NCBI GenBank assembly: GCA_030141605.1
Contig: JAQGDQ010000189.1
Coordinates: 248,001-312,000 of the forward strand
Source of the DNA: Tubiluchus corallicola
Lineage: Eukaryota > Animalia > Priapulida
Direction: 5' to 3'
DNA length: 64,000 nt
Shown: in pieces, positions 1-35,325 of the stretch
How positions within the stretch are numbered: position 1 is the first letter of the stretch
Layout: every line of letters begins with the position of its first letter
Program-made: the position numbers and the translations under genes
The notes under the pieces: model-generated
What the model saw: the letters and a program-made list of their open reading frames with translations, nothing else
What the model was told of the DNA's origin: nothing
Database searches by the model: none

Positions 1-61
1 AGACTCCGTCACCAAGCTGCTCAAAGACGAAGCGAAAGAGACGTTCTACTACAAAGTGTGA
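1..61 (+). CDS. Possible terminal fragment of an upstream gene (…DSVTKLLKDEAKETFYYKV*)
   Basis: Open frame from position 2 to TGA at 59-61 with coding-like composition against an AT-rich background. It ends in YYKV, a PDZ-binding-type C-terminus, and is too short to identify. Confidence 0.3.
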   Translation, partial: DSVTKLLKDEAKETFYYKV

Positions 62-99
62 AACACTGTTATCCTATTTTAATGCTGACGAAAACTCAA

Positions 100-395
100 A
101 ACCTAAAACAAGCTAGGCAGTTGCTGTAGGTCAAAGGTTAAGTGCACCACAGCAATGCATCTTAACTACAACCGTCACATGAGTTGTGGGTATAGCAAAG
201 CCTTCTGCTGCATCAGCTCAGTAATTTGCTCGGGAACAAGAAAAAATGAAGATTCTAGCTAGCTGTTAAAACTGTTATTATTACAATAGGATGGGCTGCG
301 AGGCGTTATCAAGTGTACACACATGTGCTGCGTGGTACACTTAACCTTTGGCCTATTCACGATCATCGTCAATTGCTGGAACTGTGAAAAGACTT
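100..395 (-). mobile_element. Copy of dispersed non-autonomous DNA element (AAGGTTAAGTGTACCA family)
   Basis: Internal inverted pair ggtcaaaggttaagtg…cacttaacctttgg and terminus tgtgaaaagac. The same family occurs at ~2920, 31030, 34520, 37066, 40385 and 63392. Confidence 0.6.
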
Positions 396-2114
396 ACTTT
401 GCAGGTTTTAAAGTCCAAGTCGTTTTAAGTGCAAAGTAACTGTTTAGGTTTGTTTTACTATTTTGTGAAAAGAGACATGGATCAAAACGAACAATCTTAC
501 TCAGAACTTTTCCTCTATAGAATGTTCACTTATCTCACTTTGGCTTTAAAATTACTCAATATCCCTTTAATGTGACGTTAATTTAGATTATAACTGATAC
601 AAAATTTAAAGCAAAAAGCACAACATTCAAAGCCTGTTTTTCTTGTGCAATGCATTTCCGAAATGCAGTCACTAGTGTCCGTCTATCTAGAGAATGGCGA
701 AATGCATGCAACAGCGAAGAACTAGTGGCGCAAACGCACTACTGTGCTTGTGTGGTAATAATTCTTTCAGTCAAGTCAGTTTTGTTGTTATTATTATTAT
801 TAATCAACTATTCTTGCAACAGGGACATGCGAGAAGTTATACAAAAATAGTATAATCTCTTTAACTATCAGAAAAAAACAAATGATTTATGCACACAAAC
901 TACAAGTATACCCAAATTGCGTAATATATTTATTTTTTCTAAAAACACGCTTCCACACAGACCAAAATGAAAGGCAGACACAATCTTCTTTCAATGTACA
1001 GAGTTGTTCCAGCACGTAATGGCAAAACTTATGCACAATCAAACTAGTAGCTTTAACATCTGCAGTACCACATACGTTCGTGTACCTAATAAACTATACA
1101 ATAATGTCAACAGACAAATTTCATGTATTATACAACAAAAGTCTAGCACCATAATCTTAGTCAATTTATACAAGCACTCACAGTGTTATAAAAAGAAAAC
1201 AACTGTTATTAGACGTTTATAAAATGCTCAAAATATAAAAATGTCACAGCCATTTCGACTATAGCCTGCAGTCATCAAAAGTGATAGATTACGCAAGCAA
1301 ACAATCGGTATAAACAAATTATAATGCGATAGATGACAGGATGGTTTAATATAAACATCGTGTTTTGTGTCGTAAATCAACCAAATAAAAAAATTATTTA
1401 ACGGAATTGAGAAAACATCAGATACAAATGACTTTATTAAAGTCTCCATTGATTATTAACAAAAACAAGAACAACAATGGACGCGCGCTCAAATTCCGGC
1501 GCTAAACTAATTATAACGTTGCAGTGCCATCTATCGTGATTTATGTAAATTATGATTAACGAACAAACTCTCATCATTACATATAACCAGTACATTCCGT
1601 ATTGTAGACTCTGCCTATGTAAGTGGTTGTTTGTTTCTGTAATCTAACATTGATAATGACTGTGGACTGCAGTCGAAATGTCTGTGAAATTTTTTTTTAA
1701 CATTTTATAAGGTTTTAATAAAAGTTATGATAGCCTAATCTTAAATACAGCAAAAATCTCAAAAATAAGTGAGCTCACAACTTTACTCAACAAACTTTAC
1801 CCTGTCTATATACGCCTGAGTTAAAAATACTCACAAATCTAAGGCCGATGTACAAAATATAGGATCATAAGGCACAATATGAGTAAAATTTGACTATAGC
1901 AAACTATAAAAATATAAAGAATTAAAAACTAAAAACTCTAATACTAATTAATGACTAAAAACAAAAAACAAATTTTGAAAAATGTATAAAACCTACATTT
2001 CAATTTTACTTTGCAATCAATGCAAAAATAGGTAATAAAAAAGGTGGAAACCAAAATACGATGCAATTTAATACTGTTGAGAAAGGGTAAATAATCTATC
2101 ACATTTTGAAAATA

Positions 2115-2627
2115 CAGTAGTACCTCTGTTTTCGACCATAATTCGTTTCTAAAGTGTTTGAAAACCGATTTGGCTGAGTATCGAATCATTTATTCTCATA
2201 AGAAATTATGTAAAAGCAAATAATCTGTTCTCAAGCACCAAATGAACTGTAAGTATTACTAAAACGAAATATAATAATGCAAAAATGATTATTCAAACAG
2301 TAGACATGATGTAATTGATAAGAAAAACATAATACAATTACTTAGAAAGGAAAACATAATTGTTCCTGCACGAAAAAAGTGGGGAAAAATAAGCGTAGAA
2401 AGCACTTAACGATGTTAGGCGATTCAAATCTTGTGTGTGACTACCTCTCGGGCGCGGTTGGTTACGCTCGGCTCTACTCGGCTCGCCGCGCATGCGTTCA
2501 TCACGTGTTTGGCGGTTGGTCAAGTATCGAAATTCTGGTCGAGAGCGGAGACAATTTCAACTCGAATTTTCTGGTCGAAAACCGATTTGTACGAGTACTG
2601 AGACGTTCGATAATGGAGGTACGACTG
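2115..2627. mobile_element. Tc1/mariner (pogo/Tigger-like) MITE
   Basis: TIR cagtagtacctc…gaggtacgactg flanked by TA on both sides. Confidence 0.75.
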
Positions 2628-2919
2628 TATTTGATTATAAGCTCCAAGATTAAATTACAAAATTTTCTCTAAACATTATATGATAAAACTTTAATCATAT
2701 CATTACGAAGCACGTAAAAGGGTCGTGTAACAGACTTCCAGATGAAGAAACGTCATGTTAGTGGCACCGTAAGAAATATCCTAGTTTAGTTTCGAAATAC
2801 GTAAAGCAAACCAAATGATGGATAAAAATAAATATTGGCCTTTATCGTAAAACTCACATATCAGTGCAAACCATACGTAGAAAAATAACACTAATGACAT
2901 CTACACTTGCTTGCGAATA

Positions 2920-3289
2920 AACCTCTTTACAGTTCCAACAATTGATGATGATCGTGAAAAGGTCAATGATTAAGTGTACCAGACTCGCATTCGTCTACAC
3001 TTGACAAAGCCTCACAGGCCAAGTTATTGTAATAGCAACCCTTTTAACAGCTAGATAGAAACCCGCCTAGTTCATTTTTTCTAGTTCCCAAACGAGATCC
3101 GGCTAGTAAACCACTCTACATGCAGATTAGTGCATAATTAAGAAAACTCCATGAAGTTACTAAACTGATGCAGCAGATGGCCTTGCTTTGCACACGTGAC
3201 GATTGTAGTTAAGACCCGTTGCTATGGTACACTTAACCATTGACCTATAGCAATTGCACGTGCGCACCACTAAACTGTGAAAAGGCTTA
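2920..3289 (+). mobile_element. MITE-like element, AAGGTTAAGTGTACCA family (possibly PIF/Harbinger-like)
   Basis: Termini aacctctttaca…tgtgaaaaggctt, and the internal sequence matches the other family copies. Confidence 0.6.
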
Positions 3290-3770
3290 TTTGGTCTGTT
3301 AGTTTCAGTTCTTCGACTCACGAAACACTAGCATTTATAGGAACTTGATCACAATTCACAATATAAACATCAGAACTGTAGACACTACCTTCTAAGAACT
3401 TAACACGGAACGCAAGATAATTTTTATGCTGGCTGAAAGACAAAATGTGGAACACTTCCTTTTCGTAGCCGAATCAAAGTTTGAAATGAAAGAAAACGTT
3501 TAGTTTCACATTGCAGGATTCTAACCAATCAAAATGTTTATTTATTTCATTCATTTCACCGTGAAATTAACGAAATAAATAAACATTTTGATTTGTCACA
3601 ATTCAAGCGAGTAGCACTCAACGTACACAGCAAAACGCAAATTAGAAAGAATAATTATTACAACTAAAACCACAGCACTTCAAAATTGAATCCTCTAACG
3701 GCACAACAAGCGCAGATCTGCAAGCTGTGAAATCACAGAGAGAAGAGGTGCCGTTTCCTCCAACTAAATC

Positions 3771-6700
3771 TTATTTCGATTTTTCCCCCGCCTCATTATA
3801 CTCCTTATGCCACTGAAGGTTTGACTTCTCCACCGACTCGCCCCTCTCTCTAGCACGCTTTCCCTGAAACATCATGACAGCACACCCCATCACAAACACG
3901 AACATAGCGTACCACATCGTCTTCACTCGTGCTCGGTCTCTCGCCGTCACTATCACCTTGTAGCTAAAAAACAAAACACAACTGGACTGAATTGAAATCA
4001 CATTGCAAATAAGGTTCAGCATCGAGTTTGAATGAGTCTTTTTAGTTCGAAACTAAAACGGTAGATTCGAATAATTCAGCATTTCAGCCATTGTTCATTG
4101 ATGTCATTGTTTATCATTAAAATAATTGAAACATCATGAAATTAGCATAATTTAGCTGCAGTTTCTATGCAAAATTGTTAACAAACTAATAATAATTTTC
4201 AAGCAGAACAAAATCAAGTAATATGCAAGACCACTTTTGCATATGCACAGACTAATATGCAAAATCAAGTGATCTTTGTAAGACCACTTTTTACTAGTGG
4301 TTCGAAAACTTGTTCGAAAATCTTTCAAACTCAATTCGAATTCTATTCGGATTCGAAATACCGAAATTCGGTTCGACTCGAATTTGCTTTCTGGTAGGCA
4401 GTGATCACCCCTACTGCCAACCCAAATGCCCGATCAGAACCGGTAAAGAGGGCAATGTAACTGGAGAATGTCGTCGGTGCAGATACTGGGGTACATGATC
4501 AGAAGAGATATTGGCCATGGCGACTGGAGTCGGTGGGGAGAAAGAGTTAAGACCATACACAAAATAGGATGAAGACCTAACCCAAAAGGATGAGATAAGA
4601 AGTATAAGATTGCAAAGCACCAAGGAATAGAAATTAACACCGTACTTTGGACATGTTTCGCAATGAGTTACAAGTACGCGTCTCACAATCAGGGCCAAAC
4701 AGTCTTCTATAGGCTACAGTAAAGGACCGCTCAACCTTTGGTAACGTTTTGAAGAAAATCTGTTTTTTCACTACAGCAGTGCTGTAACATGTACTAATTT
4801 GATTTGCAATAAACAGTAAAACAGTTGAGTTACTTAAAGAATATTCTTATTGACAGACAAACGACAGCTATTCTAGTTTACGTAAAGAATTTACAATATT
4901 TTAAGCTATGTAAATATTATCGCTAGTATACCGCGAGTAAAAACTATTCAACGGCGAGTTAGAGGGTTGGTCTATCTGAGGAAACACCATAATCTCATTA
5001 GCCCGGGAGTCAAATTGGTCATAAACAGGCCCTGCTCATAATGTTTTTAAAAAATTTGCAATAAGTTTACTTCAACTTGTGTAAATGTTGCTAAAATATG
5101 TAATGAGTAGGAAATATTCAAGACGGGGGATACGGGCGAGTTACAGTGGCTCCATCTGAGAGGGCTACCACAATTTTATTAGCCTTATGGTAGGGTTACC
5201 ATAAGTCCGGGTTTCCCCGGACACGTTCTCTTTTTAGGCCTCTGTCTGGGCGGGTTTTGCCTCAATCCGTAAGTATGTACGGACGTTGCCAACTGCAGAG
5301 GTGCACGACAGTACGAGACAAAGAAAAGCTCGTTAATTTTCAGTACAAGATGTTGCTAACATCTCAAAATGCAACCCTTGTAAAAGCTTTGTGTACATAT
5401 TTACTGAACAAAAGTAAGCGATGTGCACATCACTATACGTCACACGACTCAAACCGTTGTCGATACTCGGCGTATTCGCTAACGACTTAAAATGCATTTA
5501 TTTTGCATGTGTTAATAGACCCTAAACTGGTCATTTTTGCCTACTTACAAGTGTGCGAAAAAGTGTCCTCGTTTTTAACTCAGACAATATGGTAACCCTA
5601 CCTGATGGGCCCCACTCATAATGTTTAACTGATTGGGTAGTGCGTACTGTACACCAAATCCAGCTTACTAAACGAGAGAATAAAATAATGCTCAAGATAG
5701 GAAGATAAAGCACATGGAACGCATACATTTAACAGAAAGTTAAACAATGTAGTTATAGTTGAACAATTAACGTGTTTGCTCTTGCAGATGAGCATAAAGA
5801 TGAGAAAATTAATCCCTAATCCTATGCAAAGTAAAAAAAACTTTTTGCTGACTAAACTTTCTAATTTATCACTGGAGAAATGTGGTCAATTACATAAGAA
5901 AACTTTTCTTAAATTTATTTCTAAAAACGTTGCTTCAGGCTACGGAAAAGTCATCAGATCTAAAGCAGATGCAATTTATTTTGTTGGCTCATAAAAAAAC
6001 TTGACTGGAATGTGCAAAATAAACAATTACGCTTAAGTAAACAAAAACTTATTTCTGGCTTCATCGTAACAACGAGAAACTAAGAACGAAATTTATTTTT
6101 TCCTGCCATAACTTGAGATACTAAAAAGCAAAGTAAAATCATGTAGAAAGCATGATATTTGAACACTTTCATGCTTTCTGAGCATTTAAATCAGCAGCAA
6201 AACAGTGATGCACAAGGTTGAATCAAAATAGTTGAATGTTCAACCCGCTAGCAGCGTCTACGTACTCAGTGTGTTGATGGAGGCTCAAATCAAAAAACAA
6301 ACAATTTAATGGGCATTCTTGTCGAATTCAGATCCAAGTAAATTTACAAGGTAACAGCATAATAAACACTTATACATGTGTATAAATCCTTGCATTATAT
6401 ATATATATATATACACACAACTGACTATGTAATTATGATGTTACATATGTATACATATGATATATGATACATATGATATACATATGTACATAAAATTACT
6501 TGATAATGATTAACTATTACATGCATAATAAATTGCAATGATAGTTTACTTTAAAATATAGTATAATTAGAATATTTAAAAAACAAAAAAATAAATTTTA
6601 CTTTTCGCACAACATATTCACTCACAACAACTTACAATAAGTAATTTAGATAGTCTATAGTAGCTTTGTCTAAATGCATAGCTTACAATAAGTCCTTGGT

Positions 6701-7627
6701 GTCAATAGAACTCAGTTTTAACAGGGATGCACCAGATTCGGTCCGGGTCCAGGTGAAAAATGTCCATTATTTATCGGATTTTTTACTGTACAAGAAATTC
6801 CAACAGTTACACCTTTTTTGTGATATATGGTAGACGGAACTTTGTGTTAGGTTGAACAGTACAGTCTTGTGGCTGTATACCTAAATAGTATCATTGTCCT
6901 CTTCCATAGGCTATTGCCTGTTCCGGACCTAAGCAGTGCTTAATTTTTCACATAAATAAAAAATCAGATCTAACTGAACATTGATTTATTTGTAGTTCTG
7001 CTAGAAAGCTGGTGTGCAAATGTGCTGTTGTATGCAAGCAAATTGTTAATAAAACCTGCTAAAAAGGATAGCGTCTTACCAACTGGGTTCCGGCAATGAA
7101 ATTGCGAAACCGATCCAAGTCTCGTAACTGCGAGACCGTTGAATACCTAGTTTTTACATACACAAGCAAACTTACTTAATTTCCGATGGCACTTGATCAA
7201 CTGAGTTGTAGCGCTTCACCCACACTAACAGCCGCTTGTCTAACCAAGTTGGATGATGTATGTGTTTGTCTGAAACAATTTCGTAATGATTACAAAGAAA
7301 TAAACAGTTTTAACTGCTGAATTAGACCTAGTAGTAGTACTAGTAGTAGACCTCGTAGTAACACGTAGGACTGCAACTAAATTGTGCAATTAAGTTGTAC
7401 ATACAAGCTCAGACAGCTAACAATCACAAAAGAAAAAACCTAACATCGTTACTAAATCTTATAGCTAAAATATAAACAATGCTTTTACCTTCTTTGCAAC
7501 GAGTAAAATTCGTGTGAAATAGTTTATTAGAATGCCTGACATGACGGCTGCAAAGCACAGATAACGCTGGTAATTTTGTTGCACAACTAAGTGCCATTGT
7601 AAGTGTCCACTCAAATTTTGTGCTCAT
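3771..7627 (-). CDS. FAM162A: FAM162/UPF0389 family small mitochondrial membrane protein (~141 aa, 3 exons)
   Basis: Exons 7627-7489, 7269-7176 and 3963-3771 have GT/AG boundaries and matching phases (1, 2). The N-terminus is presequence-like. HPTWLDKRLLVWVKRYNSVDQVP and ARDRARVK-[TM helix]-GKRARERGESVEKSNLQWHKEYN match the FAM162 family pattern. The start could be the second ATG (7597). Confidence 0.88.
5191..5600. mobile_element. hAT-type MITE
   Basis: TIR tagggttaccata…tatggtaacccta with 8-bp TSD ccttatgg/cctgatgg. Confidence 0.75.
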
Positions 7628-8364
7628 AAGAACACAATCTTTTAAAAAACTTTACTTCATTTTGCGTAAAACGTTTGAGAAACACGATCTAAATTTGTAG
7701 ATAATTTGAACAGTAATCTCGGAACCGAATCATCTCTACTGGCGCCATCTGGCTGCCTAAAACCAGACTCACGTAATCCAAAAAAATAAATTCAGCCAAA
7801 TATTTAAATTGCGTAACCTAGACGAAGTAGGTCTTGAAAACATAAAAGTCCACTGCTGCCTTAGGTATGAGGTTTGAACTTTGATTGCTCGGTATTTTAT
7901 CATTCTGCCAATCTTTTCTTGATTCAAATTCAAAGTTTTGCTTTGTTTGTTAATTGATTTTCTGTCTTCTCATTTGCCATATTTATTTACTGTTCGCCAT
8001 TTTTATTTTTAACTCACTTGAACTTATTATGTTAAATTTTTACCAAGTTATCCTTATTTTCTTTTTTTTCAAATTGCATTCATTATTATTTATTTTTGTA
8101 CACCTACTTGACTGGTCATTTAATTTTTTTCAATTTTGGATAGAGGTCATGCCTAGTAACGTATTGTTGGTCTTTTCCCTATCTCGTTTCTTTTCTATTA
8201 TATTTTTGCTTTTATTTATAATGATCGTGTAAAAATTTAGAAACAAATAAATTATTTACTTCACTTGCTTACTTACTTGTTACTTCTGTAATCGCGTTCC
8301 CAATTCCTACATATCACGTTGCTCCATCTAACAAACAGTAATTCAAATGGTTGATCTTATTTTT

Positions 8365-8745
8365 TGTTGTGGAGATCACTGGCATCTATTAGAATTACAT
8401 AGAACATTGTAGAATGTTCCGTTAGAATAATTGTCTTACCGTGTAGAATGTTGGAGTGATCGTCTTATTGTCTGGAACAAAACTTCTAGAAGCTTCTCGG
8501 GCGCGCTATATAAGGCGAAGCAGGCCGCTGAGAGACACGCAGATTCACATGGACGCCACTTACACATTCTCTTGTATGCTTGCATTTTCAGATACACACA
8601 AACGTTTTCCAGATTTGCACGTTTAGTGTAATCATTTCGTGTTACTTCATACTTTTGTCTTGCTTAATTCTCGCTTAATAAAGTAGTTTAATTTGACGAA
8701 GTGTTTTCTGATTTTCTCTACAAGCCTTGCAAGAGAAACATAACA
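8365..8745 (+). mobile_element. Solo LTR of an LTR retrotransposon
   Basis: TGTTGTG…CATAACA termini, 5-bp TTTTT flanks, internal TATA-like tataag (~8509) and AATAAA (~8677). Confidence 0.6.
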
Positions 8746-9277
8746 TTTTTGCACAAGTGTTTTCGTAGAACGATAATAACTATACTCAACAGTTCAAGTA
8801 ATTAACCTTTCCACTGCACGTAGATCGCAGTAGCTACGTATTAAAATGACATCAAATGTTATACCCTCTGCAACTTTACAAATGTAAGCTGCAGTTGTAA
8901 TTCCAAAGCGGGAAATTTCTGGCCAAGAAAAACCCAGATTAGGAGATAAAAGTGAATGTTGATTATAAAAAAAAGTGCACAGTTCGGATCAGTAATTATT
9001 TTCTGTACAACTGTTCTGCTGCATGGCTATAAACTATAATCGTGTCAGCTCACGGAGCCTGTATCGCACACAGTGGGAGAGTCTGAAATGGACTAGTGTA
9101 GTAAAATTTAAAAAGCATGTGGTTCACACTAAATAATGATTAATTTGCTTCATGTAGGAACAAGATACAAGTCGTTCGAAGCTTTTTGTTACCGAAGATT
9201 ACGTGTAGACTCTTTTGCTTGATCATACATTTTTATCCCGTTAAAGCATATCTATGTTTTCTTATTCAGTTTTAGTC

Positions 9278-10094
9278 TTATAACCTTGTAGGGAAGCCTC
9301 CACAAACTGCCACAGTTTCACCTGTTATGTAGCTGGCATCTGTTGAACAGAGAAACGACACGATTCCTGCTATGTCTTCTGGCTTTCCCACCCGTCCTAG
9401 TGGACACCTGTTCACATAGTCACTATGGCAACTCGATGCATCATGAAGAACTTTGCTGTTGGAAATCAATCCAGGTGCGACAGCGTTTACACGGACTGCC
9501 CTATCTCTGCACACTGAGGTGCCATTGCTTGAACAAGCCCCAAAATTGCAGTTCTTGTCACGGATAGTAAACCGGTTCCGGGAAAAAGTTCACAGCCACC
9601 ACATGCATGGTATGCAGTCACTCCAGCAGAGTGATGCAGTCACTCCCCTTTGAAGACGATACTACCACCGCTATTTTTATCCATGCTAGCAATTGCCTCC
9701 TTTGCTATAAAAAAAACCCCGATTTTAAATTTAACAGAAAAGTTGTATCCCAACCGTTCTCCGTTGTTTCCTTCATCGGTCCATAAGCGCCCGGAACATC
9801 TCGCACGATACCTCCAGCATTCGAAACAAAAATGTCCACCCTTCCAAATATGTCTTTCGTTTGATCAATCAACAGTTTCCACTCTTCTTTCTTTAAAACG
9901 TCGCACGTTGTTCCACTGACATGCAATCCTTCATCTCGCAGCGCATTCACAGCTTCGTCAACATGTTCCTGAGAACGACTGCAAATCATTACACTGGCGC
10001 CATCTTGCGCTAAACGTTTTGCAATGCTGTATCCAATCCCATAACTTGAACCAGTAACAATTGCAGTAACAATAATAAATAACATGGACCTCAT
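9278..10094 (-). pseudogene. Intronless DHRS4-like short-chain dehydrogenase/reductase, disrupted
   Basis: Has TGxxxGIG, SNAG, VRVNAVAPG, PLGRVGKPEDIAGIVSFL and ASYITGE, and ends PTRL* (DHRS4 ends SRL). Lesions: frameshift in a T8 run (~9709-9716), in-frame insertion with TGA (9640-9642) associated with a local ggagtgactgcat duplication, and a frameshift at ~9497. The YxxxK position reads LSVTR. Confidence 0.85.
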
Positions 10095-10104
10095 ATGATT
10101 AAAT

Positions 10105-10500
10105 TTTATGAAACTTTCAAAGCTACGTGTGGCTCAGCGAATCCACTAAGATTAGCAATTGTGCAATTTACCACATTCGCGTGGCCGACAAATAGAATGC
10201 AGCACCGTGATAACCGTGATCATGAACTGCAGTGTTAGTTTCTGACGTCATTTGACGTAGAGCCCATTTTCATGACATCACGCATTTAAGCAGGAACGCT
10301 TTAAGCAAGGAACAGTTTAAGCAAGGGAAGTTTCGTACCATACCTATGATAAGTTTCTGACATAAGCAATAGATGTGGTCGGTTGCCTTTAATTAACTTT
10401 CTAAGCTAATTATTCAAATATAAGAAACAATTGCTAACTTTCATAGGTAAGAAAAGGTATATTTTGACAGCAAATTAAAATGAGATTTAGTCTGTTTAAT
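10105..10500. repeat. ~400-bp block homologous to 33710-34085
   Basis: Shared aaactttcaaagcta…cacattcgYgtggccRacaaatag…catgaactScagtgtt…aattaactttc…gacagcaaattaaaa, in the same orientation. Confidence 0.75.
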
Positions 10501-10566
10501 CCTCCGGTTTTCATTTAACCACATTGCAACTAGATACTTTACTGGTTTTAGCCCAACAATATAAAC

Positions 10567-11000
10567 CAGGGGTGTGCAAATTGTCTGACTAGCCGGGCCA
10601 CATTAAACATTCCCGCAATTCCTGTGGGCCACATGCAGTTTGGTTAAGGAGCCAAGTACAGTAGGACCTAATAACGATTTTTTTTGCATCCGATTTGCGC
10701 AAATCATTACTATTGCACTACTACACTCAAGAAACTATTTTAGAAGTTATTAAAATTTATATTAAAAACCATATATTTCGTCATATCCGACAGTGACATT
10801 AAGCGACAACAGTCTTGTAAGGGTTAATGCCATCCGATCTAGAGGAAAAAATTACCCACACTATCTTTGCGATATTGGCACGGACTTCAGCTGGATCGCA
10901 TGGGCCGCACTTTCATTACGTTGACAAACCTTTTGGCGGGCCGCACAAGATCTCTCGGCGGGCCGCAAGTGGCCCCCCGACCGCAGTTTGCACACCCCTG
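10567..11000. mobile_element. hAT (Charlie-like) MITE
   Basis: TIR caggggtgtgcaaa…tttgcacacccctg with perfect 8-bp TSD atataaac. A second copy lies at 33102-33582. Confidence 0.88.
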
Positions 11001-11135
11001 ATATAAACAATTTCGTAGCTTATTCCAAGTGAACCACTGCGATGCAAAGTGTAAGTTTGTCAGGGGGTGGCTTCCTAAAAACATGGCTTCCTAAAAATGC
11101 CTTATAACATGTAGAATGTCTGGTCTCCGAGGGTC

Positions 11136-32573
<21,438 letters not shown>

Positions 32574-33101
32574 TATGCATAGATGTTTCTTAGATTCACC
32601 GAAAAGTAAGCTAGCAGGACGCAGCAGTATAATAGCTCTAAAAGCCTTTTAAACGCTTTGCACATAAGCGGTGTTAACTGATGCATTTCCTAAGTACTAT
32701 TACAATTCCTATAGTACAGTGCAGTAGCCTTGAGTATCAATGCCACGGCATACGTGTGTACATTTCAATACAATAAGTCATTAGTTATCTGGCTAGGATC
32801 CTAAATTTGTAATCCACAATAAAAGTACAGAGTACAAGATGTCTTAATGTATAACTTAGTTGATAAAAGATCATAAATAAGAATTATGACGAAATGGTGT
32901 TCGTTCAACCCCGATGGATCCACCCCCGGGTCCTGATTAGAAGTGAATTAAGACACCCGCATTTTTATTTACACCTTTGAGAAATCCGGTTTTACCATTA
33001 ACGTCATTAAATGTAATGCGAGCATTTGCAGTTTTTGCTGATATGCATTATTATTGTTATCAGTTTTAAGATACCGGAAATCAGGGTGTGGAGTGTTAGA
33101 G

Positions 33102-33582
33102 CAGGGGTGTGAAAATTATCTGACTAGCCGGGCCACATTAAACTTTCCCGCAATTCCTGTGGGCCACAGGCAGTTTGATCAAGGAACCAAGTACAGAAAG
33201 GCCTAATAACGATTTTTTTGCATCCGACCTGCGTACATCATTACTACTACACTCAAGAAACTATTTTAGAAGTTATTAAAATTTATATTACAAACCATAT
33301 ATTTCTACTTTCAGGACAGATAGTGGTAATTTCATTACAATGCATATTAGTAATGTGTATCACACAGTCAGTGTAGTACAGTGACATTAAGCTACAACGA
33401 TCTTGTAAGGGTTAATGGCATCCGATCTAGTAGAAAAAACTACCCGCACTATCTTTGGGATCGTGGCACGGACTTCAGCTGGATACACTCAATTCATCGC
33501 CCGGGCCGCACTTTCATTAGGTTGACAAATCTCTTTGCGGCCGCACAAATTTTCTCGGCGGGTTGCAATTTGCACACCCCTG
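33102..33582. mobile_element. hAT MITE, same family as 10567-11000
   Basis: caggggtgtg…cacacccctg with TSD tgttagag/tgttaaag. Confidence 0.85.
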
Positions 33583-34670
33583 TGTTAAAGGAAAGCCGGA
33601 CATTTGTGTAAACATTAGTTCAAAATACAGTGAGCTCTAAAACTACAGTAGCTTTTTTTTTCAATGAAAGCTTAGATTAAATAATGAGGACATCTGATAC
33701 TCAAATTTCGTTAAACTTTCAAAGCTATACGCGACTCAGCGAAACCACCAAGACTGGCAATGGTGCCTTTTTGTCACATTCGTGTGGCCAACAAATAGGC
33801 GAGGTACCATGATAAGCATGAACTCCAGTGTTCATCTGTGATGTAGAACTCGTGACGTCGCATCAGCCGCTTATAGCAATCTTCACTTACGTACCTGATG
33901 CAGGGAAGATGCTCGCCATTGCACAAACTGTGGTTGGTTTGTGACGTGAGCGATAGCTGTGTTTGGTTGCCATTAATTAACTTTCCAAAGTAATTATTCA
34001 AACATTAGAAATAACTGGTATTTTTATAGGCAAGAAAGTGTATTTTTTGGACAGCAAATTAAAACGAGATTGAGTCTAATCAATCTGTCCAGTCTTCCTT
34101 CCATTTTGCAGTCATGTTACCACTTAACTGACAATTATTTATGTCATTCTGGAAGCTGCAGCCTTTGAATTCTTAACACAGTACTACTTGTATTTGACAT
34201 TTTTCTAAAAAGGAAATTATATTGAATCGAAGTCCAGGTTTTTGGTACGAATTGTAGCTATCGTGTAAGCTGTATTGTAATTTCTAATCCGAATTAGCAT
34301 TTTTAATTATTTTGCCAATCATTAAGCAAATAGTTTGAAATGTAGTTCGTTAATATTAGCTAATGCTGATGCAGTTCACCTATCAGATACCTGTAGTAGT
34401 TGTGTTTTATCGTGTACTTGCAAGAGGTGTGCAATGTCACTAAATAACACAGTGGCTTGTTTGTACACGACGTTTAACAATGAGGGATGAAAAGATGAAC
34501 ACAAAATAACTCTTTTGCAGGTCCAGCGATTGATGATGATCATGAAAAGGCCAAAGGTTAAGTGTACACTTGACAACATCTTGCAGGCCTTCCTATTGTA
34601 ATTCGTAACAATTTTAACAGCTAGCTAGAACCTTACCTAGTTCATTTTTTCTTGTTCCCAAGTAAGATGC

Positions 34671-35325
34671 TTCTAGTAAATCACTCTAAGCATGGGCTAG
34701 TGCATAATTAAGTAAAGTCCACGTAAAACAACACTAGGCATTGAACTGATGTGGCAGATGGCTTTGCTCTTATGCACGTTAGCTAGTAAATCACTCTAAG
34801 CACGGGCTAGTGCATAATTAAGTAAAGTCCACGTAAAACAACACTAGGTATTGAACTGATATGGCAGATGGCTTTGCTCTTACACACGTTAGCTAGTAAA
34901 TCACTCTAAGCACGGGCTAGTGCATAATTAAGTAAAGTCCACGTAAAACAACACTAGTCATTGAACTGATGTGGCAGACAGCTTTGCTCTTACACACGTT
35001 AGCTAGTAAATCACTCTAAGCACGGGCTAGTGCATAATTAAGTAAGGTCCACGTAAAACAACACTAGGTATTGAACTGATGTGGCAGACGGCTTTGCTCT
35101 TACACACGTTAGCTAGTAAATCACTCTAAGCACGGGCTAGTGCATAATTAAGTAAGGTCCACGTAAAACAACACTAGGTATTGAACTGATGTGGCAGACG
35201 GCTTTGCTCTTACACACGTTAGCTAGTAAATCACTCTAAGCACGGGCTACTGCATAATTAAGTAAGGTCCACGTAAAACAACACTAGGTATTGAACTGAT
35301 GTGGCAGACGGCTTTGCTTTACACA
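34671..35325. repeat. 110-bp tandem array (~6 copies) inside a MITE-like element
   Basis: Unit ctagtaaatcactctaagcacgggctagtgcataattaag… recurs at 34673, 34783, 34893, 35003, 35113 and 35223. Confidence 0.95.

Noticed and set aside
9640-9642. In-frame TGA in the SDR as selenocysteine
   Set aside because: It lies in an insertion linked to a local duplication, and the gene has two further frameshifts.
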